This document shows positions 1-12,767 of a stretch of 64,000 nt of DNA, piece by piece; the stretch's first letter is position 1; every line of letters starts with the position of its first letter. The position numbers were made by a program, and so were the translations under genes. This DNA is from Eutreptiella sp. 'Long Island Sound 2002' (Eukaryota; Protista; Euglenida). Below the pieces are notes generated by a model, which did not search any database, was not told the origin of the DNA, and saw nothing but the letters and a program-made list of their open reading frames with translations. Location: NCBI GenBank assembly GCA_964036045.1, contig OZ038378.1, forward strand, positions 23,870,001-23,934,000. The letters run 5' to 3'.

Positions 1-192
1 GGGCCGGGTGTCTACAAAACCCCTGCCGCCTAGAGGATCCCAACAGCTTAGAGCGGGTGACAAAATCAGAAATGGCCCACAACTGGGCCGGGTGGCTACA
101 TAACCCTGCCGCCTAGGGGGTCCCCACCACTTCCGGTACGGAAGACAAAATCAAAAATGGCCCACAAATGGGCCAGCTGGCTACATAACCCC
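1..192. repeat. Tandem satellite, ~84-bp unit (left piece, continues outside window)
   Basis: Same unit as 2467-5290: AAAATCAGAAATGGCCCACA..GGGCCGGGTGGCTACATAACCCCTGCCGCCTAGGGG. Confidence 0.9.
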
Positions 193-196
193 TGTC

Positions 197-2466
197 AGGA
201 AAACTCGGGAGGAAATACCATCAGTGCACCGCACGGTACGACTATATTGTGTGCTAGCCTCCAAGCTACATGTGAGTGTACCCCTTCCGTGGTGTGCTCC
301 CTCTGCAAGAGGTGCAGCCATTTCCGCGCTGGTGTGGGGGCTTCCCCCCCGGTCACGGTTATGCTCCAAGGGTGTGGCCTCCTGCTCGGACACCTCTGCG
401 CCCTGTTTTGCCAACACATCTGCCCGGTTGTTCATCCGCACGTCTATCCTCTCTTCCTGGTGCATGGTATGGGTCTCAGTTCAATGGCAGGGGATCTAGT
501 CCACCTCCAGCCGCTTCCTCCTTACCTAAGGGGCCACGCGGCTGCGAATGGAGATGTCCGTTACTTCCTTACGGGGGGTTGCTTCCGCTGCATAGACCAC
601 CGCCTAGTTGTCTAGTTCTATTGTTGTGTCCGGTGCACATAGCTGGGACACCACACCCAGGGGAAAATGTTCCGTAGGACGCTTGTGGACCCGGCACCCG
701 AGCAATGATGGTGCACGGCCGTGCCTACCCGATCGCCTCCTTTGATTTGTTTGCTCCGATCGCAGTACCAAGTTCCCGTGTTGGGTACGTCCCCTTTGAC
801 ATGGATTTGATACCCATGGACTCTGATCTCTTGGTACTTGGCCGGTGGCTCCTTCATGGCGCTTATCCCTCCTGCCGGGGGCGGTTTGGCGCAACGCTTG
901 TACATTTGGGGGTGAAGCAATCGCCTGCGGAATAAGTCCTCGGCATCACTGGACTTTTGATCGTACAGGGTGTTCATGTTGCCTTGGGTCTGTGTGGGGA
1001 CCTTCTTTATCGGGGTGCGGCAATCTGTTGAGTGCAGTATCTCAACGTAGACCTCGGTGATGCATGTGTTGCACACACCTATGCCCCCCCGCAGCATGTG
1101 TTGTACCGTTGTGACATGGGCAGAGCGCCGGGACTAGCAAATTTGGTGTAGGCCCATTCCCCCGATCTGCACGCGAGTCACCATCTTTAGGACGTCACGT
1201 TTTTTCTCCATTCCTTTTGCCTCCTTCATGATGAACTTGTGAACTGCTATGTTAATTTTCCCCAACATGTGATTGTCCATGATGAAAATGTACCGGTACT
1301 GCCAGGCATGGATAGGGACGACATTAGGCAGTGAGGCCTTCTCTCACTGGTTCACCGGGAGTCCTTGGTAGGAGGTAAGGTCTGCGTCTACGGTCTGCAT
1401 GGCGGATTGGCGGGCAAATTTCTAGCACGACCGGTGGGCGATGTGGTGTCCAAAGTAGACTAGTACCGGGGGCTAGACCGGTATACCTTGGATGTCATGT
1501 TGCACGACTTGGGAAATACATTGGTATATTTGCGTCTTTTTTGCGCTCATTTGCATTCCTACTGCTGGCAGGATGGCTTGTATGGTGTCTATGGTCTCGT
1601 GCATGTGCTGGGTGGTGCGTGTGACCACCGCGATGTCCTCAATGTAGACGAAAAATTTCACATGGGGGACACGTTCTTGCAATTCCTTGATCAAGATCTC
1701 GTAGGTCAACATGAACAAGTGAGGGGGAAATGGGACACCCTTCTATTACTCCTCGTTTTGGTTGGAAGGTGATGTCTCCCTCGAATGGTGGTAGACAGAT
1801 CGCCCGTGACAATATATTTGCTCCACCATGTCCAATATGTGGTGTGGCACCCCCTTGTGCCTAAGGGCTTGAAAGAGCAGTGTATGGTGCGCGCTTGGGA
1901 AGGCCTTGGCAATGTCCAGCAACATGATATACAGGGGGGGGGGGTAGAAACAAAATTACGGGTACCGGCGTACAGCTTTTTTTCCGGGGGGGGTACCCCA
2001 GAGGGGGGGGGGTACAAAAAAATTCGCGCAAAATTTTTTTGGACCCCAAAACGTGGAATATCCTGAACTCTACCCCACGTGTTTGGGTTTGGAAGGTGGA
2101 AGGAGGGTATTTTTCAACGTAACCATGGATATTTCAGCCGATATGGGTGGTATTTGTGTTTAAGGGCACAAAGACCCCCGGTCTCATCTGGCTGCAGTGC
2201 AGCACCCCACCCTGGCCTCTTATCAGCAGGAAAGAGTCCACAGAGAAGGCAATACACCCTATCTGGTCTGAGAAACGGAACCAGCAGCATTGAAGGACAA
2301 GGGTGATTGATGTCCATTCTGGCCGTTCTGTAGGTTGCCCAAGCCTACAGTGGACCCCACAATGTCATGTCCCCATTGCCTTCTCGCATGCTGGTTGATG
2401 ACTGCTACGCCACAATGGCTTGCCAACAAAGATTGGTTCTCAGTGAGGGTACGGTTTGCGTGTTGG
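197..2466 (-). mobile_element. Degenerate non-LTR retrotransposon (LINE) with RT and RNase H, inserted in satellite
   Basis: Minus-strand motifs in the expected order: YIMLLDIAKAFPS (~1930-1890), RGVIEGCPISPSLF (~1750-1710), FVYIEDI (YADD-like, ~1655), YFGHHI (~1450), GGMGL (~1160), RNase H WYCDRSK (~770) and MNNRADVLAKQGA (~430). Stops and frameshifts are present. Flanked by TGTC at 193-196 and 2467-2470. Confidence 0.85.
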
Positions 2467-5290
2467 TGTCGCCGGGGGGGGGGGGGGGCTTCAAAGACGT
2501 GGACAAAATCAGAAATGGCCCAAATGCGGGCTGGGTGGCTACATCACTCCTGCCGCCTAGGGGTCCTGACCATTTCAGTGCGCGGGGGGTCCAAACCGCT
2601 TCTCAGCGGGGGAGAAAATCAGAAATGGCCCACAGGTGGGCCGGGTGGCTACATAACCCCTGCCGCTTAAAGGTTGCAAACCGCTTCAGAGAGGGGATAA
2701 AATCAGAAATGGCCCACATGTGGGCCGGGTGGCTACATAACCCTTGCCGCCTAGGGGTCCAAACCGCTTGAGGGCGGGGGACAAAATCAGAAATGGCCCA
2801 AAACACGCCGGTTAGCTACATAACCCCTACCACCTTGGGGGGGAAGGGGGGGTCCAAACCGCTTCAGAGCGGGGGACAAAATCAGAAATGGACCACAAGT
2901 GGGCCGCGTGGCGACATAACCCCTGCCACGTGGGGGGTCCCAACCACTTCGGAGCGGGGAACAAAATCAGAAATGGAGCAGAAGTGTGCCACGTGCCTAC
3001 ATAACCCCTGCCACCTAGGGCCCAAACCGCTTCAGAGCGGGGGACAACATCAGAATTGGCCCGCAGGTGGGCCGGTGGCCAGATAATCCTGCCGCCTGGG
3101 GGCTCCCCAACGCTTCAAATCGGGGGACAACATCAAAAATGGCGCACAAATAGCTTGGCGGGCGCCATCACCCCTATTGCATAGGGGGTCCAAACCGCTT
3201 GAGAGCGGGAGACAAAATCAGAAATGGCCCACAAATGGGCCGGGTGGCTACATAACCCCTGCCGCCTAGGGGGGGGGGGGGGGGCTTCAAATCCGGGGAC
3301 AAAATCAAAAATGGCCCACAAGTGGGCCGGGTGGCTACAACACCCCTACCGCCTCGGGGGTCCGAACCGCTTCACAGCGGGGGGGGGGGGGGGACCAGAA
3401 ATGGCCCAGAAATGGGCCGTGTGGCTACATAACCCCTGCCGGCTAGGGGGTCCCCAGCGCTTCACAGCGGGGGACACAATCAGAAATGGCCCACAGGTAA
3501 GCCGGTTGGCTGTATAACTCTTGCCGCTCCCCACCGCTTGAGAGCGCATGAAAAAATCAGAAATAACCCAAATGTAGGGCGGGGGGCTACATAACCCCTA
3601 CAGCGTGGGGCCTCCCCACCACTTCACAGCAGAGGACAAAATCAGAAATGGCCCAAAAAGGGGCCGGTGGCCACATAACCCCTACCACTTGAGGGGTCCA
3701 AACCGCTTCGGAGCGGGGGACAAAATCAGAAATGGCGCACAGGTGGGGCGGGTGGGTGGATAACCCCTGCCACTGGAGAGCTGCCAACCGCTTTAGAGCG
3801 GGAGACAAAATCAGAAATGGCCCAAATGCGGGCCGGTTGGCTACATAACCCCTGCCGCCGGGGTGTCCCCACCATTTCAGAGCACCGGACAAAATCAGAA
3901 ATGGCCCACATGTGGGCCAGTTGGCTCCATAACCCCTGCCGCCTAGGGAGTCCAAACCGCTTTAGAGCGGGGGACACAATCAGAAAAGGCCAACAAATGG
4001 GCCGCTAGCCAGGTAATCCCTGCCGCCTGGGGAAGGGGGGGGGGGGGCGTTCAAATATGTGGACAAAATCAGAAATGGCCCACGAATGGGCCAGGTGGCT
4101 ACATAACCCCTGCCGCCTGGGGCCTCCCAACCGCATCACAGCGGGGGACAAAATCAGAAATGGCCCACAAATGGGCCGGGTGGCTACATAACCCCTATCG
4201 CCTAGGGGGTCCCCACCACTTCAGCGGGGGGCAAAATCAGAAACGGCGCACAAATGGGCCTGCTGGCTACATAACCCCTACCGCCTGGGGCGTGGGGGTG
4301 GGGGGGCAACGCTTCAAATCCAGGGACAAAATGAGAAATGGCGCACAAGTGGGCTGGGTGGCTACACAACCCGTGCCGCCCCGGGGGTCCAAACAACTTC
4401 AGAGCAGGGGACAACATCAGAAATGGCCCACAAGTGGGCTGGCCGGCTAGATAACCCCTGCCGCTTGGGGGATCCCCACTGCTTCGGAGTGTGGGACAAA
4501 ATCAGGAATGGCCCACATGTGGGCCGGGTGGCTACATAACCCCTGCCGCCTGGGAGGTCCCCACCACTTCAGAGCGGGCGACAAAATCAGAAATGGACCA
4601 GAAGTGGGCCGGGTGGCCACATAACCCCTACCGCCTCAGGGGTCCCCACCACTTCAGAGCGGGGGACAAAATCAGAAATGGCCCAATGGTGGGCCGGGTG
4701 GCTACAAAACCCCTGCCGCTTGGGGGGTCCCCAACGCTTCAGAGCGGGGGACAAAATCAGAAATAGCCCACATCTACGCTGGGTGGCTGCATAACCCCTG
4801 CCGCCTAGGGGGTCCAAACCGCTTTGGAGCAGGGGACAACATCAGAAATGGCCTGCAAATGGGCCGGTGGCTACATAACCCCTGCCTCTTGGGGGAGGGG
4901 GGGGGGGGGCACCGCTTCAAAGCGGGGGACAAAATCAGAAATGGCCCACAGGTGGGCCGGGTGGCTACATAACCATTGCCGCCACGGAGCTCCCCAACGC
5001 TTCAGAGCGGGGACAAAATCAGAAATGGCCTACAAATGGGCCGGGTGGCTTCATAACCCCTGCCGCAAGGGGGTTCCCCACCGCTTCAGAGCGGGGGACA
5101 AAATCAGAAGAGGCCCACAGTTGGGCCGGGTGGCTACATAACCCCTGTCGCCTAAGGGGTCCCTAACCGCTTCAGAGCGCGGGACAAAACCAGAAATGGC
5201 CCAATGGTGGGCCGGGTGGCTACATAACCCCTGCCGCTTGGGGGTTCCCCAACGCTTTAGAGCGGGGTACAAAATCAGCAATGGCCCATG
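2467..5290. repeat. Tandem satellite, ~84-86-bp unit, roughly 33 copies
   Basis: AAAATC anchors at 2615, 2699 and 2783 give an 84-bp period; units are diverged and some carry expanded poly-G. Confidence 0.95.
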
Positions 5291-5299
5291 GGTGGGTAC

Positions 5300-5610
5300 A
5301 TTCGCTACATGCATGCATTTTCGGTAAAATTGGTAAATTTTCTCTTTGCGGTGAATGGATGTAATTTTTTTAAGTAAACACGTGTTAAAACAATCTTCTA
5401 GTCGTGTAATTTTTTTGTGCGGTAAACGGGTGTAAAAGAAATCTCAACTCGTAAAAACTTTTCTGCGGTAAACGCGTTTAAAAAAAATTGTCAAGTGGTT
5501 AAAAAATTTTAGCGGTAATGTGAGTATGGGTTTGAACAACTTACCGCGAAAAAAAAATACACGACTTGACGATATTGTTTGTTACACGCACTCACCGCAA
5601 AAAAAAATAC
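5300..5610. repeat. AT-rich block with repeated GCGGTAA / TTACCGC motifs, possible transposon subterminal region
   Basis: Several GCGGTAA(A) motifs at 5328-5520, then inverted TTACCGC/TCACCGC followed by A-runs at 5541-5610. Confidence 0.4.
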
Positions 5611-5649
5611 ACGTATCACAACATGCACATTGACAGGCACCTTCAGTTG

Positions 5650-6073
5650 TTTCAGAATCTGCTCATCCTTGAAAATGTCATGGGTAAGGTACAACTGCCA
5701 TCAAACATATGACCCTGTCTCCAAACCCCATGGGCAGCTTTTGCCCGAACCACGTCCACCTCAGGCTTATCATCACCATCCTCTGACTGTGCATCACAAT
5801 CAGAGGAGGAGGGCAGTGATAATGCGTCACCATCAGAGTCATCATCAGAATCAGAATCAGAATCAGAATCAGAATCAGAATCAGAATCAGAAGAGTCTGA
5901 CAAACATGAAGCGGAAGCCTCTGAGGAATCTGAAGGGGATTCACAGCGTTGGTCTGCAAAATGTGCAAAGTCCTCCAAATTTTTGCCGTGGCCCAATTAA
6001 AATTAGGTTGCAGATTAACATGGCCCTACACCCCCTGTTGCTTGGACAAGGCGTAACCTGGACAAGAGGGGGG
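5650..6073 (-). mobile_element. Diverged partial copy of TIR family A
   Basis: Right end CAATTAAAATTAGG..CCCTACACC..GCTTGGACAAGGCGTAACCTGGACAAGAGGGGGG matches 16802-16898; internal peptide VVRAKAAHGVWRQGHMFDG matches the copy at 9.9 kb. Confidence 0.7.
5844..5892. repeat. (ATCAGA)n microsatellite, encoding an Ser-Asp run in the family A ORF remnant
   Basis: Direct reading of the hexamer repeat. Confidence 0.95.
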
Positions 6074-7701
6074 TGAGACCTCATTTTACAAGATTGAATG
6101 AAACATTGAAATGACCAACAGCAGCAAAAACAGCACTAAGAAGCAGAATTGACGCAATTCACGCCACAGCCTGAAATGAATGCATCTTGCGTCTGTAAAA
6201 CAGGCCTGGTTGACCCTGGAAAGGCGACAAACATCACCGTATCCAGACACAACACACAAACACACACACACAGACACACACACAGACAGTCAGTGACGGT
6301 GCAAACAACAGTCCAGTTTGGGTCTGAGGGACGGGTGGTATGACGGGATCAGTGAAGAAGAGACATCACATGATTGGGAACAAAAAAAAAACAGCCAAAC
6401 GTAAGCAGATTTCAGCCAGACCTGTTCCGTATATTCATCTGTGCTTATTTCTGCAGCTGGAAGTTTCTTGCGGTCATTGCTGTCATTCTGGTCATGGCCA
6501 AAAAAAAAGCAGTTGCTCGCTGTGACATGCCCATGTGCTTTGCTTGCACATGAGTGCTGAAACCGCCCCGCCCCCTTTTTCTGCACCTTGCACCTGCAAT
6601 GTGTAGCACTCTGTGACTGTCCATAATGCAACAGAGCAAAATCGATGGGTGCCCCACAGGATAGTGTTTCCAGGCATCCCTGGATGAAGGCCAAGATATG
6701 ATGGAAGAAGACTGAGTGCAACCACATGCTCTAGGGTGCGTCATGGAAAGAAATGAAAAAACAGCCTGCTTTCTTGTTGCAGAGTCCTACGGCTCAGAGG
6801 AAGATGCGGTGTGCGTGGGGGGGGCAGTGGGGATGCAGGTGTGACGGGGCTAGGGGTATGTGTTGGCAGCATACACGATGCATGCCTTTTATTCACACGG
6901 ATCAAGCTGTGCGAGTCCCAGCTCTGATGAATCTGCTTGGATCGCTGCGCTCGTGTTTTTGTTTTGTTTTGGTCGGCTGACTTTCTTCGGAGTTCAATCA
7001 CTCACTGACATTTGAAGTAACTTGGGAGCAATTCCAGAATCAAGAACATGCTGATGAGGATGTAGTACGCATCTGCGACACTGGTGCACACCATCCATTG
7101 TGTGCCGGATGCATGTACAACCAAGTACCGTCGGTGCACTAGCACGGCTCTCAATCCTGCAACAGCTGAGATTACCTCAAGGTCATGCTCTGCAGAGCCA
7201 TGACAGCAAATAGCCTTTCACAGAACTTCTTCCTTGCCTGGGGCAAAATGCGCCTTGTCCATAGAAAAAGAGACACTTGTTCTGACGGATTGAATTTATG
7301 ACACTGTGAAGAATGCCCCTGTGCAGATGTTTTTTGGTAGCACCGCCCATCCGGTAGGCCTCAATGGGATGTAATCCGTGGCCACAGGGTTGCAAAGCAA
7401 CAATGCACCACCCCGCAATGTGATGGGGGTATTTGTCTTGCACCATTTCCAGTGAAAGCAGTGCACAGATGTTGCCGTTCAACAGGCGACAAGAGGAATG
7501 CAACAACACAGCGGTGATAGTTGATGGAGGTAATTGAATACTGGCACTCCCCTTTTGTGATGGCGTCTTGCATGAGACCCTGAATACATCCCAAGCACAG
7601 TCCAATCGCCTGTTCCGTCTCAGTGACTCAGCCCTGCTCCAAGGGCCCGCAAGGCTTTGTGTGAAAAACTGGGTGCCCACCCGCTTCCACAATACTGTAC
7701 T

Positions 7702-7920
7702 TCAATACACCGAGCGCAAGAAAGCAGCCCCCATGTGCGCATTGAACAGCTTGGAAAGCTCAGGGGCTGAGCAGTTGTCCTTCAGCTGCTCAAAGGCATC
7801 CCGTAGCAGACAGTTCCGGTCGGTCCTCTCCCGTCGCAACATTTTGTTCACAGCCATCAAGCCCAGCCAATCCCAGCTCTGCTGCATCTCTTTCTCAGCG
7901 CGGCACCGCAGTTCTCGTAC
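7702..7920 (-). CDS. Probable terminal exon (coiled-coil) of the caspase-like/IQ gene
   Basis: Acceptor TTGCAG|GTACGA joins in phase 0 with exon 8793-8515: RWE|VRELRCRAEKEMQQSW...FLRSVY*. Confidence 0.6.
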   Translation of the reverse strand, partial: VRELRCRAEKEMQQSWDWLGLMAVNKMLRRERTDRNCLLRDAFEQLKDNCSAPELSKLFNAHMGAAFLRSVY

Positions 7921-8514
7921 CTGCAACAGCCGGCTTTCCATGAGAGAGCAGCTGTAAGTGACAGCAATGCGCACAAGGCCTTGTCCCCAACTCATGCTCA
8001 ACTGCCGCCACTGCTCACTCTGGAAAGACAGAAAGAGTAGAGCTTCAGAAATGAGTGGACGCATCAGCCAGCAGACAATGCATCCAGGTTTCTACCAAGC
8101 AACAGCCATAAATGAATGCAACGGTCCAGCACCATACAGCCACTCGCGTCAAGATGGGACCTCCATGGAGTGCAGATCAAGCGTATCTGCAAATGCCAGG
8201 GGCGGTCCCGCAACGAGTGACCCTGATCCCAAAGTCTATCGAAAAATAGCATTTTCCCATGGGCATCGGTGGAGCGGGGCTATGCAAGGAGAAACCCTGT
8301 ATACCCAACAAAGAGACAGTGCCCCGCATTCTCTGGTACCACTTGGACCCAACTTGCAGCGGCGTCAAAGCCTCTTTGTGGGTTTTGGTGGGGGGGGGGG
8401 GGGCAAAAAAAAAAAGCTACGGCTGACCCAGAATGCCCAAATTTTCTTGCAAACAAGAACATTAATGAACGTAGATTCCCGTGTGCAGTTGCAGACACAT
8501 GCAGGGGCAAGTAC

Positions 8515-8793
8515 CTCCCACCGCTGTGCACTGACGCGTCCAAGCTGCTCCTCAAGCGACACTTTCACCACGTGTTCCTTTATCCTCACCGTCCAAATGG
8601 CAGAGAATGCCAACTGCTGCTCATCCATCACAGCCTTGCGTTCTGTGCGCTCCCTCTGACGCACCCGCTGCTGCTCCGCAAGGGTCCAATTGTTGATAAA
8701 ATAACACCAAATGCGCTGAATTCGCAGGGCATATGAGTGCCAAAGAGTTTCGTTTGCCGCCATCATTTGTACACCAGTCAGCACCATTCCATC
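8515..8793 (-). CDS. Exon with IQ-like motif and coiled coil
   Basis: Acceptor TTTGCTTCAG|GAT and donor GAG|GTACTT; encodes YALRIQRIWCYF...QQRVRQRERTERKAVMDEQQ. Linkage to the upstream caspase-like exons is inferred, since the exons between 10382 and 8793 are unresolved. Confidence 0.6.
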
Positions 8794-9421
8794 CTGAAGC
8801 AAACCAGGTATGCAGGTTGGGGGGGGGGGGGGGGGGCAAGCAGGCAACGGGCAGAGTGGGCTGTTGGACATGGAAAAAGACCCTACTGGACTCTGCCGCA
8901 GCCATTGGGGGCATCAACCACGATCCACACACCAACCCCCCAACCAACACTCTGGCCCCCTCGGAGGGGGAGGTGCTTGTGTCTGAAGAGGCCAGGGAGG
9001 GGAGGCTGGGCAATGGGTTCGCTTTGGACTTTTCGCCTTTTTTTCAGCGTGCCGTTGGTCCTGCAATATCCATCCAGCATAAACACGAGGCAACACTGAA
9101 ATCGGCGTGCCAATGCGTCTGGGACCTTCGTCCATCAGACAGCTCGGCTCAATTTGGTGCCATTCACTAGAAAATGGGTCAGCACTGGTACTCACCACAT
9201 TGCACTGATCCATTGGAGAGAGGGACTGCAACATGACGCATTTGTTTTTCAAGGTGCACTAGGCCACAATCATGATGCAGGAAATCTTTCCCCCTGGGGC
9301 ACTTGGGGTTTGCTGCCCCAACGCCCACTCCTTGTGTGCACTACCAACTCTACGCTCATGCTCACCCTGTGCCCTCTACCACACACCCCTTGCCTCTGTC
9401 CGTGCTTCTAACCCCACTCTA

Positions 9422-10126
9422 CCCCCCCCCCTTGTATAAGCTACGCCAAAGTCCCAAATTAATACGGTCCCTACACCTACTGTAGCTTGGACACGGGCGT
9501 AGCTTGCGCGCGACACATGCAACTACCGACACACACATAAGTGAGCGCATAGTATGAGTGCACCTCAACCTCCACCCATGTTCCCAAAGGCGTGCAAACA
9601 CAAGAAAGTGTTTGAAACATGGAAATTCAGGCTCACACCCATGTTCTTAAAAGCAATGAAGCATGAGAAGCCTACAAACATTCGGCTTAAGAAACCCTTC
9701 TTGCGGTCATACACCATGCGGAACAACTGCACATGCTCACCACTTAAAGATGCCTTTGGAGATGCCTTTGCCTGAGGTTTAGGGGCTGGTTTGGGCTGAG
9801 GCAACTTCAAATTCTTGGGAATGAAATTGCCTTGCATGTGGTCTCTTGTAAAATACAACTTCCCATCAAAGACATGGCCATTCCCCACACACCTCGGGCA
9901 GCCTTAGCCCAAACAAATTCAGTGGAAGCATCATCGCAGTCACTAGAATCATCACTTGAAGAAGAGGCCTCAGAAATGGGGTGGGTTCAAGTGGGCAAAC
10001 ACTCACAACAAATGTGTCCATGACTCTATGTGACTGGCAGATTCGTCAAACCCATGTCTTATGTGGCTGCACTACGTTTGGTACCAAATTAAAATTAGGT
10101 ACCAAATTAATACAGCCCCTACGCCT
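9422..10126 (-). mobile_element. TIR family A copy, right TIR truncated
   Basis: Starts TA|CCCCCCCCCCTTGTATAAGCTACGCC, the same terminus as 16311; internal ORF remnant shares LFRMVYDRKKGF with 16560-16778. Confidence 0.85.
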
Positions 10127-10381
10127 CAGGCTGGCACTGTCCTGCTGTCCCAGCGCCCTCACTTGCGATGCACTTTCCTGTTGCGGACTTCCTTGAACGT
10201 GCAAAAAAACTGGTCCCTTCCTGAGGACAGGACAGAGCTGAACAGTAGGAAGGGGGGGCGGGGAAAGGGGGGCAGGGCTGGACAGAGTGTATGGTGCACA
10301 ATATGGAGTTAGGCCGAAGGGACAGGGAGATGAGACCGGGCAGGTGGGGAGGAGGCAGGGACAGGGGACAGGGCTGGGCAC

Positions 10382-11062
10382 CTTTGTGGCCTGCGGCAAC
10401 CGATACACCACATCCAGTTTGTCAAAGAATTGCATGGAGCCTGACACCGTTAATGTCATGACCACACGGATCTTAGACAGAGCCTCGCCTGGCATCAGCG
10501 TCAAATTTTTGAAGCAGCGGAAGCGCTGCCGGACGCGCAGCAGCACCTGCGGCAGCGAGGCAGAGAGGATGAGACCTATGCCATCGGTTCGCCCACCGCC
10601 TGTAATATGGCAGAATTTGTACGTAATGGCACGCTCTGCACAGCAATGCTCAAGCATTGCTGCAAGCTGTTTGTTATGATGCGCCTCCAGAGCCTTGAGG
10701 GCGAGGGACTGGCGCAGTGGCAGCAGAATGTGGGGGGTGCTGATGTAGTGCAGGTGAAATTGCCACTTGGCCACCTTGCCCAGCTGTGCGAGCTTGCGTT
10801 TCAAGCGGCTGGCTAGCGGTCCAGAGGGCCGGCGCTGGCTGGCCAGCTCCTCAGATGCTAGGCGGTCCGCCACGCAGACAGTGCCCCAGCGGCGCACGTG
10901 CCTGAGGAGCATACGCTCCGTCTTCAGGTGCTCCTTGGCCTTGTGGTCACCTCCACGAAAATACAGAGTGCCTTCCAATTGAGGGGAGCTGGTAGTCCAT
11001 ACAGATAAATTTTTGGCTCTGATTCGGGCACTAATGTAAGCGTTGAGGGAGTTCACAGAGAC
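10382..11062 (-). CDS. Exon of caspase-like gene (end of C14-like domain plus downstream region)
   Basis: Acceptor GCACAG|GTCTCT and donor AAG|GTGCCC; open for 227 codons; joins YKGQ|VSVNSLNAYISARIR in phase 0. Confidence 0.75.
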
Positions 11063-12767
11063 CTGTGCACAGGTACATGCAGCAGGACCCACAATACCTG
11101 CCCACAACTGACCCAAAACGACCGAAAACAATTACATGTGCCACTACTGAATGCTTACTAATCAAAGTCCTGCATGACTGCACTATTGGCTCTTCAGTGT
11201 TAAAACCTGGACTGGAATTGGATGGAGAAAGGCTCAAAATGCCTTTGTGCTCTATGTGCTGCCCCGCCAAGGCCAAACGCGTACCACTGCCGCATGTTTA
11301 GGTGTCTGGGTGGAAACTACAAAAAACTGGGGGGCTGCAGACGGATCCCATGCCCTCAGAATTGCATCTGGGGTAGCCCTAGATACAACCCAATCTAAGG
11401 GGAGGAAACCACAAGATGTGTGAAGGCACTGTGGAACTAAATTTTTTAACACTCGGGCATTTGCTTGGGGCTACTGTTGGCCAATTTGCCGGAAATTGTG
11501 CAGATTATAGCTCATTCTGGACCCCTTTGGGGGCACTGCTGTGTGCTAGCATGATAGCACCTGAAGCCGCGACAGTAGAGATTTGCAACAAAGCCTGTGA
11601 GGGTTGGCAAGGCAAACTGTATGTGAGACGTCCAAACAAGAGCAAAGTGCTTTGTCCTTGTGCTGCCCTTGGTTATTCAGAAAATTCAGAAAATTCAGAA
11701 AATTCTTGTTGTTGATATTGTTGTTGCTAGCTGGCTTACTTGCGGCGGATTTATGCGTAGGAATATGCACAGGTTTGAGCCCATTTGGCGGCCGTCAACA
11801 AGTCAAAGCAGGTTGACAACAGCATCCCGTTGATGATGCCAAGGGGTTGTGTTTTTCACCCATTCTGAGCCATTTTTTGGTCTCGGTGGCCCGTTTTGGC
11901 CTCCTGAAAAATGCAAAAACACGTCAGAATGGGCCATTTAGGGACCAAACAGGGTCAAAATAAATCAACAACAGTCTCATTTTAGTTCACTTTAGCCCCA
12001 AATCTCCCCCGCTGGCACACAAGCATACAACATCCCAAAAGGTTTGAGAATGGACCATTTGGGAAACAAAAAAAAAACTTAAAGCTGGATAAAAAATTTG
12101 GTTCTGAAAACGTGATACTACCTTTGAGGACGCTCCCACAAATGCTCCAGCGGGTGTATCTGACCCATTGTGTCCAAATTGACCCTTTTGAAGAACACAG
12201 TCCCAGAAGAGGGTCAAGTGAGGGCTAAACCCAAAGCAAGGGCCATAGTTAAGAGTCACTATGCATATGTGGGACACAAATGTGAGTCATGACGCTGACC
12301 ACGGTGGCATGAAGCAAAGCTGGTGCTTCACATTGACTGACCCTGCCGCTGTGCCTCACTCCTACCGACCCCATATTGAGGCCCGGTGGCATCACCGGTA
12401 GCATAAGCCCCAGAGTCGTATCCATGTTTAATTATCTTGGGGCATTGAAGACTCACACAAGAATGAGTGTGGGTTGTGACGCAACCACTCACGAATTGTG
12501 TGGTACAAACATACAAAGGGGCATTCCAGGTGCTACGGTGCAATATCAAAGGGTATTTTTGGAACACACAGAAGAACTGCTTTCCTGCATCTTAGTGCCC
12601 AGCTATGGGAGAACCACAGAAATGCAGATGCCACCTTGATTGCCTCCAAAGGGAAGGGGAATGACACCAGTGAGGCTGTGGTATGAGGCGTGGAGGACCT
12701 GTGGTAAAGAGGTGGTGGGGGTGATAGAGGTGTACTTGGTGCATAGCACTACAATGGGGGCTCAGAC

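Noticed and set aside
2335-5314. Dozens of ORFs with repeated WAGWLHNPCRLG peptides
   Set aside because: They are translations of the 84-bp satellite in all frames, not genes
6086-7692. Possible minus-strand membrane-protein exons (e.g. YYILISMFLILELLP, QFCFLVLFLLLLVISMF)
   Set aside because: I could not link them by consistent splice phases or recognise a domain
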